Positions 37,209-49,900 of a stretch of DNA of 64,000 nt are shown in pieces; the stretch's first letter is position 1; each line of letters opens with the position of its first letter. Source of the stretch: Acanthaster planci (lineage: Eukaryota); contig NW_019091362.1 in assembly GCF_001949145.1 (NCBI RefSeq), forward strand, positions 434,670 to 498,669. Direction: 5' to 3'. The notes below the pieces were generated by a model. The model ran no database searches, was not told the origin of the DNA, and worked only from the letters and a program-made list of their open reading frames with translations. The position numbers and the translations under genes are program-made.

Positions 37209-40200
37209 CTGTGGTAAAAAGGGAACAAAAGGATACAATACAATTGTTCAACTAGGTCTTTTCAGTCATAATATTTAATTTCATATTGTCCACATTTTTA
37301 AATGTATGCTGTTGAGGGAACAACTTTTAGGGCAAGTTACTGGATGTCCATTGTTTGGGAAAAAAGTCCGGGAAGTATTCTCTGAGCTAGCAATACTCAG
37401 TTCAAGCCAAGCTGGAGCAGGTTTCAGATGCACTACGTGAAGTGACTAAGTCTAAAACAGATGTTTTATCCAGTTGAAACACTTTCTAATGCTCTGTACC
37501 TAGTGTCAGAAACGGCACCATGTCTTTTGTACTCTGATGTTGTCTTCTGGTTGGGAACTATCAACTATTGCCTTGATAATTCTTGAGTTCCTTCTAACAT
37601 CCTACACTACATCGAGGAATGACAGCAATTCCCTTTGAACTGTGTAAATGTCTGAGCACTTAGTGTTGTATTGTCTGGTATATGCCCAGCCTCAACGTGA
37701 CTAAGACAATACACCACACGTTTTAAAAGCACATGTTTTTTCTTAGAACCAAGGCTGAAATTGAAGTCAAGAATTCTTTTAAAAGGATGCACAGGAGCAA
37801 AATTTTAGAAAGAAAAGGAAAATCCTGATCAGGTTTTTCCTTCCGATAATGAAGTACAAAAAAAGTACATGTAGTGGGTATTTTGATGTGCTTTTTTTCC
37901 CCCAGTCCTCTAAGGCTACAAACATGAATCCTGTGCTGCTGACTCATCCCCGGTTTGGGGATTTGCTGGCAAGGGACCAGAAAAGCCAAATCAAACACAA
38001 ATTCACTTTACATCTACCGTACAATGCATTAGAGGGAAAAAAATTGGCAGAACAAAAAGACAAATGTAGCAGGAAGACTTTCTCCACAAAAGTGCCTAAG
38101 TTGTTGGTAACATTTAATTTTATTACAAATTTACTGCTAACTCCTTTCCTGATTCTGGACAAATTCTCTGCACCAAATGGTCAAGAATGAAAGTTTACAG
38201 CACACTGTTTTGTAACCTGTATAAAAGTTAAAAGCAAAGCTTAACTGAAATCAAATTACCAACATGTGGACTAGTTTTATTGCTACAGGAACAAGAGAAT
38301 GGAAGATGTACCAGCACATGTAAACTGGATTGGTTGGTAAATGAATGGGGAAAAATTCAAATTCAATTTAGGCATCTTCTGTTCTTACAAATATTAATGC
38401 ACTGAAAATCGTTCCTCTTCAACACAAAGTGCAGACAACACTAATCCAATCCTGAAAGTCATGGCATTTTACCAGCAAGAAACTTGCCAGTAACTGTGTT
38501 CTGGATAGGATGTTCCATTTACATCAAGAAGGGGTGTGAACTTCACATAAGAGAGGGGTCGGTCTAGAGGATTTTGTTTCCACTGGATAGGAAGTACACG
38601 CAACTTTTTCGGCGACAAACTACAGAAGCAAACTGCTCGCAGCTGATGACTGATCTTTTTTCTTCAGTGAAGAGGAAGAGAGAACGATGGAGTGAGATCC
38701 ATAGGGACAGGATAGGGTCACCGCTTAGTCTAAAGCGACCCGTTACCAGCCTTGCCTTCTGGGTCCCAGTAAGGTCTTCAGTGCTGGACTTGACAAGAGC
38801 AGCCAAGGGCTAACGGACGGGCATTCAACATTGTCAGGATTTTTGTTTTGTTTCTGTCTTTGTTTTGGTTTTATACAAAATCTTGTCATGATGGCAGTTG
38901 TTATGCGCACATTTCTCCCTGTCCAACTTGGGCACAAGAAGGCGATACACATAAGGTTAGTTGACTTGCTTATCAAATTTCTACTCAATCATGTACTAGC
39001 AGGTAAAGTGCATGCGTAGGCATGGAGAAAGAAATAAAAGGGACCATGAGACCACGACATTCATCAATTCTGCTACTGAATCTTCAACTGTTTCATGGAG
39101 TACCATACTTGTGAATTGTGTGAAAATGATGGGTCATTAATGTCATCATAATCTTTCAGCAGTTTATGTGCATGTGCGTAGAGTGCAAATTCCTCTACAT
39201 GCCTTGAAAATGAAATCATGGCACCAGAAAAGCAACACAAATTTATCCTTATAAGGTTACAGTTTGGATTTAATGTTCTAGCTACTAATATGATGAAACA
39301 TAGCATACATGTACAGATATGCAAACTCGTCTGTCTCAGCCATTCAATGTTGAAGCTTTCTATTACAATTACACGTAGTATTTGTGCTTGAAAAAAGTTG
39401 ATCTCCAGGACCTACATGAATATTACAGGTATAAAGACAAATGCATGAGATTGATTGTTGGAAATGATTTTTTTTTCTCAATCAGAGTAAAGGTTGGTTT
39501 GATGTACAAGGTACGTTTATTTTGTTGAGAAAAAAGTCAACAAATTGAGAAGACTAAATATCTAAAACAAAACCAACTCAAAACCCTCCAAAAACTACTC
39601 AGAACTTCAAGACTTATTCTTATTACATGTATATCATTCTTTTGACTTACTATCTTTCTACACTTGTTTCACAGTTTGCGACTGGAAAGTAATTTCTTTG
39701 ACTTCAAATTCATTTAGCTCAGGTAAATGTACACTATTTATGTACCGGTACCCCAACTTGTGTCCAACAATACTTCCCTGGAGGCAACCATGGAAGGGGA
39801 GGGGGCATTTCAAGGTTATGTCTGGTACAGGTACATGTGTGTGTACGAACTGAGTATCCCCTCCCCTCCCCTCCCTTAGGGTTGGGCTGATGGGTACCAT
39901 TTCAACTGGATGCCAAGTGCACATGTGAAATCTGCACATTTCCACCATTTGAACTGAAATTCATTGTGCATGCTCAAATCAGTGCACCCCATTCCAAGCA
40001 CGTATGAACCTGACCATGCATGCGATTAGTCCCCACCGAAGGGGCATCACCGTTAAACAAAGACCCTTTCCTGTTCACACGTGGCCAGAGACACAGCAGT
40101 CTCACCATGACACAGCACTACGCCTTGGCTGGACTAAGACGTAAGATTTACCAGGGTCCTGTCCAAGTTCTTTTGAGGGATCATCTTCTTACTGGCCAGC

Positions 40201-42338
40201 TGTTGGGCTGGTCAAAGGCATGACCCAGACAGCTTTCCTCTGACCAAACTTGAATCCAACAAAAGGCCCAACAATACACAGGGAAAGACACAAAATAATC
40301 ATCACTTCACTGGGACAGGTCAGTCCACAAGAATTCGTCTAACACATGATACAGGGTCATAACAGCATTTCCAAATCTGAATGGACTGATTTCCAGCTTT
40401 TGATTACCTCGACAAAAGTTACACATGGAGACACGGTAAAAACTGATGAAAAATTCGGGGAAAAATTTCAACAATTATCATTTTATAATTTTGAAATCAT
40501 TTCCAGGCTAACACTTTTACCAGACATCATTTGGGCCAGTTTCATGTAGTTGGAAACGTTGGATTACGTTTTGCCTCTTTGTGTCTTTTAAAGTATTCTC
40601 AGTTCCACATGTGATTGTACCAACACCAGGATATCATACCTGGTATATGTACTTCATACATGTATACCCATGTATACACCTTGTACTCGTATGTGTTATA
40701 TATGTACCGGAACTGCATAAAGAGTTGCCATGTATGGAAGTTAGAGTTACATGTAGCTGTGTATGGATGCATAAAATTGTACAGGACAAGGTGTGGCTCA
40801 GATCAAAAGGGGAAGTATTCCCTAAGCTTCTTACATGTGTAGACCAGAAAACTTGACGTCAATTACCGGTACGTATCAAGATTCACAACCATTAATGCTC
40901 TTTTTAAGAGACTCCCTGTTAAGGCAGAAACATTAGTTACATAGGTGTCGTGAAGGGGGGGGACTCCTGCCCCGCACCAAAAAAAGAAATAAAAAAAGCA
41001 ACAGAAGCGGGAAAAAAGATGAAAGGGGATGAAAATCAGTAAATCACCCATCTGCTTGAAAAACATCAAAGAAACTGACCACTTTCGTTATCACTGCATT
41101 ACTGATTATGCAGTAATATCATGTGCAAAAGGAAGATTCCATGGCACATGTACACATGCATGTACGTCATGTCCTCAGGACTGGGGCCATCTAGGTGCAA
41201 AAATTTACCCTTGTTGTGGGTTTGCCTCAGAGAGAGCGGTAAATCATGGTGATTAGTCATACTTCCTGACATGGTCAGCCCCGACTTATGCCACGGTACT
41301 GTGTAACCACCATGCACGTGCACAACTAAATACACGTACACTGTACATGACGAATACACAGCTAGCGTAAGTACATTTGCTACAATGGCCACATGTACAC
41401 AACGTACGTGAGGAACCTGATCAGAAGCACAGTCTCTATACTTTACTGAACTGACTCACTTGTCCACAAATCTTAAAGTTAGTCACAGTTGCTATACAAG
41501 ATAATTTACCATCGTGTACATGTAAGAATCAAACTGTACATGTACATCACATGAAAGCCCATTATAAACAGAACAATTCATTATTGAAGAAGCCAGAAAA
41601 CTGCAGGTGTACTTCCATCCCCCACCACAATTTTCCTGAGTGCAATTCCTTAGCTGAGCTCTCTGAAAACTGCATATTCAAAGAAATGCACAATATTTCT
41701 TGGTCTCATTTCTGGGTTTCTTCATCTTTTTCTTATGAATGAATTATTTCTGGTAATGAAACCAAGGATTCCTCAAAAGTGTCCTGGGAACTGTACCTCA
41801 TAAGCCTGAAGAAACCTGTAGAGAGGAGACAATGAGAAGCAGTTACAGTTTTAGAGGTGGGAGGAAAACCCTAGAGAAGAACTTTTGGGGTAAAAGTTTA
41901 AAACCCACAGAATCACGTAGGGACAGATAACCAAATCCACATGTGGACTGAGCCGGGAATCAAACCTGGACCACAGAAGTGAAAAGTAAGGAAACAAACA
42001 CAATACCAACCTCACTTGGTTAAGAAATTGCCGTGTCAAATTTTGACAAGCAGCTTACCATCTAAGCAATTAAACTGCCCACTGATAATGCTCAATGCAG
42101 TTTTAACCAATAGGTTGTTTAAAACCTGCCCAAAATAAGTTTGCATACCTCAGGTTGAGACCCTGCGCAAAATGTATCTCATCAAATCCTCTGAAATTTC
42201 AAAAAAAAGTTCCACTGGACAGATATATTTGGACATGAACTTCTTATCAATTCTTTTAATACAATACATCATGTCAGGCAGAAACATATTTAGTGTTATG
42301 AACTCTGCAAATTTTTTCTGGAAATTATAGCTACTAGT

Positions 42339-42810
42339 TAGGGCTGAGTCAATTCAAATAATTCGCTATTCGAATATTCGACCTTCAATTCGATCGAGTG
42401 TTCAGTCGTATTGACTGGCAGATTGTTGGGGAACAAAAACCATACACAAAATCAGTTGCAATAACACCCACAATTGCACATTCTAATCATTATTATAGCT
42501 CTCACATCTACGAGTATCTCCAGCCATAATTTAGCGAGATTTAAGAGACGAATAATTCTCCTTGTCCGGTTGAAAAGTATATTTCTTTTAAAATTTTTAA
42601 AGAATAATATACTTTTTGAATTGTTGTAAGGTGTCTGTCGTTTTTCATTTGAATCTGCTTAGAACAAGCTTCCACAGTGCAATTTTTCTCAGTTAAAACA
42701 AAAGAAAATTCTCTCTTCCTTTTCATGAATTTGCATTCGAATATTCAAATTTGAATTTATTTTTCGATTTTGATAATCGCTCAAATATTCGGATATTCGG
42801 CACAGCCTTA
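42339..42810. mobile_element. hAT-type MITE (472 bp, 8-bp TSD)
   Basis: Ends TAGGGCTG and CAGCCTTA. Perfect flanking duplication CTACTAGT at 42331-42338 and 42811-42818. Subterminal ATTCG/CGAAT repeats at both ends. Confidence 0.9.
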
Positions 42811-43614
42811 CTACTAGTACTAGTAAATTATCACTGTATTCCTTTAAGGACTGTCATACATGTACATTTAGGAAAGCATACATAAAGTACAGCAATATCT
42901 GACATTTTCTACAGAATCAACTAATAGTGCAGATCTACCAATCACGGCTGTCAGTTATACCTAATAGAGAACTGACAGCCAGCACGGCTACAACAATTGC
43001 AGCGCTTATAGTTATGGCAGCAATTTCCAAATTACTCTCTGGTTACATGTACGACCTTCACTTTAAGCATTACCAATCTCCAGGTTTGGAATTTTAAAAA
43101 TCTACAAATGCTGTGGTACCGCATCGAGACAGGCACCAGTTACATGCATCATACTCATGGTTCCGGGATAGAGCTAGTCCAAGTAACCAGGACTCCACGA
43201 ATTACCTCTTCTAACATTTGGGGAAAATGCCCAAAGGTTAAAAGAGGCAATCTCCTACATTTAGTTCCCTGGACTAGGTTCTAAATGAGCTCAATGTCAA
43301 AGGTCTTGATTTGTTTTTTACTTTTCTTTACTTTTCCAATCAAATCCTTTTGCTATCTACATGTGTATGTTTTCATTTACTTTCTTTTTTCGACAGATTC
43401 ATCCTCTAAAGGACTTATTAAAGGGACATACAGTTCAATATCCATTGAACATTATCAGACATTCGCTGGATTTTATGAGCTGAAATCGCACCAGTATGTT
43501 CAGCATTTACAGGCAGTGTTTTAGCTAGGATTTCAAAAGTGGGAGTGCAAAATGAAAAACGGGGAGTGCAATCTTGATAAAGTCCAAAATTTGTGTGCAA
43601 ACTTGAAGCACGCA

Positions 43615-43740
43615 ACACAAGTGTGCAGCGCCAAGTCCCTTACGGCCGGAATCCAGGGCCTGCATACATGTAAGGGCCCTGGAAACTCTGCCTGTTTTAG
43701 ATGCTCTCTGGTGGACTATGATGAATCTCTGACATTGTTT
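43615..43740 (+). repeat. Fragment of an interspersed repeat (AAGTCCCTTACGGCCGG...CCAGGGCC...GGGCCCTGGAA...TAGATGCTCTC)
   Basis: Internal palindrome TCCAGGGCC/GGCCCTGGA. Resembles from memory a repeat common in echinoderm genomes; this cannot be verified within the window. Confidence 0.45.
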
Positions 43741-45088
43741 TTTTTTAGAGTTTTGCTTTTTCGAACAACAAAATAACAGCTTTTAGAAAAAAAATTAAAT
43801 TGTAAAATTGTGTGCATTGGTTGTTTTATATAGTGTGATTAAGCAGCCCTGCAAATAATGACAAACACCTTTGAACAGATTTCTCATAACCACTTTATTT
43901 TGTTAAAAAAAAAATGGTATGCAGGTAATAATGCAGGTCAGTACTTGACAAACGTTGACCTGCCTTTTGGTTGCAATACAGTAGATTCAGATTATTATGT
44001 GATAAGCAAACAGAAATAAATACTGATGTAAAATGAATCCCAGTATTCCTACATACATGTTTCCTTCAGCAATTTGGCTAAGAACAAGCAAAGTGAATAC
44101 AAGACTCAACTTCAATGTGGACGAAAAAATACGTCATACACCACAGGCAGGCCACGTGCTCGCGCTTGTGCATAGTGCAAGAGTCTAAACATGGCATCGG
44201 AAGAGTTTGACAATTTTTTTCATCAACAAGGTAGAAGAACCTAAACAAGCATTATGCTGATTATTGACAATAACAAAAATTACATGTAAGCCAGGCCTTG
44301 CCAACTATAGCGTCTGTCCCAACTATAACGACGCGTGGCAAGGTACACGTGAAAATAAACTGAACGGGAATGCCAGTACTAGGCCCCACGCAAAATGACA
44401 ATTAAAATGGTAATTCCGAAAATGATATTCTTGCATTTTCTGTTTATTTTTACTTGTTCTCGCGAGGGAGGTTGAGGGCTTAGCCGCTGCCCCATAAGAA
44501 AAAGGTTGTCTCCATAATCAGGATTTTGAATAAATGCATATCAAACAGCATCGCATTACCCTCCTAAAACACAGCGCGCTGCCTTTGCTCGGCCGCGTAT
44601 TTTGTGCACAAACAATATGCGATGTCCTATCCAGTCTTTACAATGGAGATCAATGGATCACAACTACCGAATACATGGTGCTCAGGAATCAGTCATCGGC
44701 GCGTGTGTGCCAATATGGCATGCTTTTTGTGAATGATCTGCTTCGCTGGTGTGATCAGGCCAGCACACCGTGACGTCGCCTCCAGAACATTAACATTCAG
44801 TTCAAATCACTATTTGAACAATATGGTGACATCACGCTCGACAACAAGACCGTTTACGATTTGAAGGGGAAATACCTCCTTTCTTCACAAATGCATTTAA
44901 ACCCTATCATCATTAGGGCCTACTGGAATCTCTGATTCTCATTAGATCCTAGCCGGGCGACTTAGACAGTTTAAAGACCATTTTTAAGGAGAATTCAGAG
45001 GACTTTGACTCAGGGTATGAGCTATTTTGATTGAAATGAATTAATGGAAGCAAAAGCCTATGGAAGGTACTTAGACCCTTGCCTGGCC

Positions 45089-45851
45089 TAGCCCCACTAG
45101 TGTGGCACGGACTCTCACTCCTGATCTATCATTAGCCACACATCCGTATACGTAATTTCGTGTCGGCATATTAAACATTTCGGCGCACCCACTTACATGT
45201 ATCATCATGGGTGCAATTTCTTTTGCACATGAACATGATCCTTGACCATTCCGCTTTCTAAAAACCATTTATTGAATGATTTCACTCACGTTATTCAGGT
45301 ATTTTCCAGTCTTTTTGCCTTTATCCATTCAATCTAACGGGCTCACTCTCACTGTCGCTATCTTTAAAATAAGGTCGTTGAACATTACGTCACTTGACCC
45401 CTCATCGTCTTGACAGCTGTTCCATGTCACAACATATGTAATAAGCGGACTGGGCGATAAGATGCTACAAGTACCAATGGGCTCTTCCAAAACTTTGGCT
45501 GCAGTTTAGATGTCTTGACATAAAACAGCCGTCGAGATGATGAGGGGTCAAGTGACATAATGTTCAACGATCTTATTTTAAAGATGGCGACTGAGAGAGC
45601 GAGCCTGTTAGATTGTATGGATAAAGGCAAAAAGACTGGAAAATACCTGCATAATGTGAGTGAAATCATTCAATAAATGGTTTTTAGAAAGCAGAAAGGT
45701 CAAGGATCATGTTCGTGTGCAAAAGAAATTGCGCCCACGATGATAAGTGGGAGCGCCGAAAATGTTCAGCATGCCGACACGAAATTGTGTATACAGATGT
45801 GTGGCTAAGGATGGATCAGGAGTGAGAGACCGTGCCACACTAGTGGGGCTA
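45089..45851. mobile_element. Foldback/Mutator-like non-autonomous element with about 345-bp inverted arms
   Basis: 45089-45435 is the reverse complement of 45510-45851 with scattered mismatches and a spacer of about 75 bp. Flanks TGCCTGGCC and TGCCTGGCA match at 8 of 9 and suggest a 9-bp TSD. Confidence 0.9.
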
Positions 45852-46030
45852 TGCCTGGCAATGTACAAATGTTAAAAAAGGCGATTTGTAGGGTCAAAGT
45901 TTAGCAAGTTACTCGGACAATAAGAAATAGCCGGCTACGTCGCGTCATGATGTATGAAGTAGGCCTAGGCATGCTTGGCCTCCGTGTACAATCTGCAATC
46001 GTAAGACGAAACTAGAATAAAAATGCATAC

Positions 46031-46064
46031 CAAAAACAACTGCATAAATAAAGGCACAAGCCAT
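46031..46064 (-). CDS. SGCE: Sarcoglycan exon 1, coding part (signal peptide)
   Basis: ACT-ATG-G Kozak context, MACAFIYAVVF then G|GTATGC, phase 1. Joined to exon 2 it gives MACAFIYAVVFAFVSAISLSRG-EEATV, a typical signal peptide. Lies in the CpG-rich zone. Confidence 0.8.
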
Positions 46065-46720
46065 AGTAGTCTTCAAACTGATAAGCTTTTCTTCTTCTTC
46101 ACTTGATGACGGTAAATACCAAAAAAGAAGCAAAATCTTGCGTCTTCTACTAAGAGCTACAACACTGCAAGTTCAACGGAAAGATCTTGTTATGTTGACC
46201 TCGGCTGGACGCAACCACTTTTGATAAGGGGTTTCCAAATTTGATGATTTCGTTTAAAGGTAATACCTATCCAATTTTTTACAAAAGAACTATTCATTTC
46301 AGAAGTAATTATAAAATTTCAATATAATTAGCTTTGTTTTGATCTAGATTTCATGATAATTTAAAATATCTGTTCTCAAGAAAACACATATTGTGACATA
46401 ATACTCCTTAATGAAAATACGTTGCGTCCATTGAGGTTTCGATAAGGTCAGAGACTGATAGCTTCTTGTCAGCATCGGAATAATCGATAAGGTAAAAAGT
46501 GAGGGGTATGTTGTAGCGATTACAATTCCGTTTAGAAAACGTAGCCTAAAGGTAGACTTAACATTGTTTTTAAAAATGCGAAGGACATTATTTCATCGCT
46601 TGAAATGAATTAATATTTGAACACAAGGGCAACGTCGAATTTCTAATCTAATCGATTATCGAAATAGGCCCCTAGTTCGATTTAAATGTCAATATTACGC
46701 ACTGCCCACCTTTCAACAAA
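46065..46720. promoter_or_regulatory. Putative bidirectional promoter region between sarcoglycan and neurabin
   Basis: Lies between the sarcoglycan ATG (-) and a candidate plus-strand first exon. CpG is visibly more frequent over about 44100-47450 than in the flanking introns. AAAATGG (YY1-like) at about 46718 and CGGAAG (ETS-like) at about 46747. Confidence 0.55.
46190..46445. mobile_element. Decayed MITE with about 45-bp imperfect TIRs inside the divergent promoter
   Basis: TTATGTTGACCTCGGCTGGACGCAACCACTTTTGATAAGG versus reverse complement of the right end TTATCGAAACCTCAATGGACGCAACGTATTTTCATTAAGG. Confidence 0.55.
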
Positions 46721-46916
46721 ATGGTGGTGGAATAGTAAGCAGAAAACGGAAGGGTTGTCGCGTTGGTAGAACATTTATGGGGGTGTTTACATGCATGTTG
46801 CCGGCTTCCTTTCTTCTGTAACATCCTGGAGTGGTAGCGTGTGACTTCTGTGTCTGTTTAGAGAAGAATAAGCTTCTAATTTCGAGTTTCTTTGTGATTG
46901 AACTGCGTTCAGCGAG
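46715..46916 (+). other. Candidate non-coding first exon of the neurabin/spinophilin gene
   Basis: Consensus donor GAG|GTAAGT at 46917 in the CpG-rich zone. The large coding exon starts at a splice acceptor (54488-54489), so an upstream exon is needed. The start coordinate is a guess. Confidence 0.45.
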
Positions 46917-49900
46917 GTAAGTTGATTTACACCGTGTGCATGTATGTAAGCGTGCGATATGCCTTGCGTTGTCAACTGCAGTACGTACCGGTTTGCTGCG
47001 CACATGACACACGATGACATGGATGAGCCCGAGAGGGGGATTTCGTCGGTTTACAGTTTGCATACATGATATACATCAGTTATAAAGTACATATAATGAA
47101 TATAATAAACAGGAAATAAGACAAAGAACTCATAAGAAAACACACATTAAAACAATTCAAACATGTCAAAATTTATACTAAATACATGAAACTTCGAATC
47201 ATTTCATTTTAAAAGAACTGATAAATCCAATTATCAATAGATAAAAAGACTGGAAATTGTGAACAATGTCTTCAATCAGATACCATGAAAAGCAAAGACA
47301 AGTCTTTTTCTTCCTCCTTGATTCTTTCAAAATGCAAACAGAAATTTTGTTTCGACCCCGAGCTGAAGTCCAACGACTATTCTTTATTGCCCACCTCATT
47401 ACAGACGTTGTCAACGTCATCAGGCATCTTGTGGGCGAAGTGGTAAATGGGTGAAGTGGTAAATGAGTGAAGGGACTTTACCTGAACATGTACCACCAAA
47501 TGAAATAATTAATGATCTCCAATGTACATTTTCTCATAGGGACTGAGTTAACTTGGGATCGAGTTGGTTACGGACTGAATTGACCGGTACCCAACTACCC
47601 GTTTCATCTTTCAGTAGCCTGATAAAAATATGTACCGGTAGCTGTCTGAAACGTACTTGTGCAGGAAGGATGTTCCTACTGCATGTGTTCTTTCAGTTTA
47701 ATTTTATGTTCATGTTGTCCTGAGTTTTTAATTTTGCACTTTAATTTCCCTCCCAGTTGGACTCTATTTATCCTTGATTTCTATTCCTGTTTACTTTTTG
47801 AAGGGTACTGCTGGTCATCATGGTCAGTCATCTGGTCATGCCAGTATGACTGTAAAATCTTTCCTTTTGTTGTTTGTGTTTGTGTCGGCGGTCATCCCTG
47901 TCTGTGTTAAAAAAGGAAAGGGTTCCCCTCCCGGCCACCACCTCAGACCTCGTACACAAAGCATATGGGACATGGCCAAAAAGGTTCAAGTAGGACCCTG
48001 CATGTAAATGTACAGTATTAAACTTGAGTTTGTTTTGACTTCTGAATCATTGTTTTGGTAGTTTTTAAGCCATATTTATATTTAACTCTTTTGGAAAATA
48101 TTTTTATTTGCAGTGGCAATTTTACTTCCCCTTGTACTGGTCCCTGAAATCGCGAGGCTGCAGAACTGGCAGCAACAACACACATGTGCCAGTACTTGGA
48201 AAGTGGGTCTCTGACCGTTCCTTTGAAAACTTCCTGCAAACCGAGGAATATAAACCATAAAGTAAATTTTCTCATTTCATTAAAAATAGCACTTGATAAA
48301 AAGACAACGAAAGAAAAAACTGACAGTGATGGGAAAGGCCTAAAAAGATTTGGTATCGCCACTGTTCACTTGATCACTGCATTGTTTCAGTGACTATCAA
48401 AAATTAAATCCTTGTCATACATGTACTCTAGGTGTATTAATCTGATGCATGTGCATTCCTGCCAGAACCATCATAGCGCAGAATTTTGGACAAGTACCAG
48501 TTACCGTACAAGTTCAGAGTCACTTCCTGTTTTTTTTTTACTAGTCAGGACAACAAACCATCTCTGGAAGCCCCTCCATGCCACATACGTTTTTCACAGC
48601 TGTTGTAAAAGTCCAGTTGTTTCAAAAATTGCTGGATAAATTGGAATCATACACATCTGCGTCTAATCTGTGTCTCTTAATTAACAACTGATTTATATGT
48701 GCATGTACACTGTACCTGTATTTTTGAACAATCACCTGTACCTGATATACATGTACATGTGTACCTGACATATGAAAAAAACCCCAAAGTATTTCCTGAA
48801 ACTTTAAACAGAAATTGATCCTAAAAACAAACAAATCATTCAAAAAAGATCTTTCTGTACTGGTACTTGTATTTGAGAAAAAAATTGGAGAATTACAATG
48901 TAGTTTTTGTACTTGACAGAAAAATGTATTGTTCTCTTGTCTCAGTGCATTTGACATGTTTGATGTCAAGCACCAAAAGTTGAGCTTAAAAAGAGCCAGA
49001 GAAACACTCAACCTGCTGGTGCTGCTGATGTTCTCATCTTGTCATTGTGTAAATAGTACTTGACCTAGACTGAAAACTCACTTGAATGATAATCTGCATA
49101 ACAGTATCATGGCAACTTGGCTCATATGTTATCTTGTTGCTCCCAAATTCTTACATATTTTCAGGAAACAGTAAAACTGATAAAACACTTACATTTTACC
49201 CGCTTACTGGAGATTTCATTTTTATCCTATCTTTGAGTGCTTAACCACATAGTAAATGCTAAGGTTGAATTATAGCACATGACTTGGCACATCTGGCTTT
49301 TTGAAAAGATGGCCTATTTAATTCTTTGCTGGCAGTATAAGGAAAGAATAGGAACAAGGAAGTGGTTATTTCTGTAGCAAACTTTGAAATGTAGAGGTTT
49401 TTTGACTGGCCTTTTCATGTGCTCAGTCTGTTTTTTGGTTTTCAAATTTGTGAGATTTTTAGTTCTGTGCATTGAAAGCCCGAAATTTACCAGTAAGGCC
49501 TAGATTTATTTTGATACAAGCTGACTTTCTTTAGAAATGGAGTTCTTGCTGTTGCTCATTTCATAAGGCCAAGTCATAAAGAAAATCAAAAACAAAAAAA
49601 ATCTTGGGAAGTCTATGATTCCTCCATAATATTCCACTAGTCCTGCCAGACGCAGCACAGTCCATTGCTGATTATGATACCATCACTGCATTTGCGCACA
49701 TATGAACATGTACATGTACATGTAGTTCAACGTTTAAACCTGGTCTTATGGGTACAAATGTAAATATACCGATCAATTCCTATGGTCTACAGTTTTGGAA
49801 ACTGTTAAAACCCATTAGTCAAAGAGGCATTTAGCATATACTCACATGGTGCATTATGATGACATCACACCTTGTTTACATTTACCCTTCTCTGTGGGAG

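Noticed and set aside
38564..38830. Alternative sarcoglycan first exon (MAALVKSS ORF)
   Set aside because: The ORF starts at TTG, has no signal-peptide character and no phase-1 donor was found. The exon at 46031-46064 fits much better.
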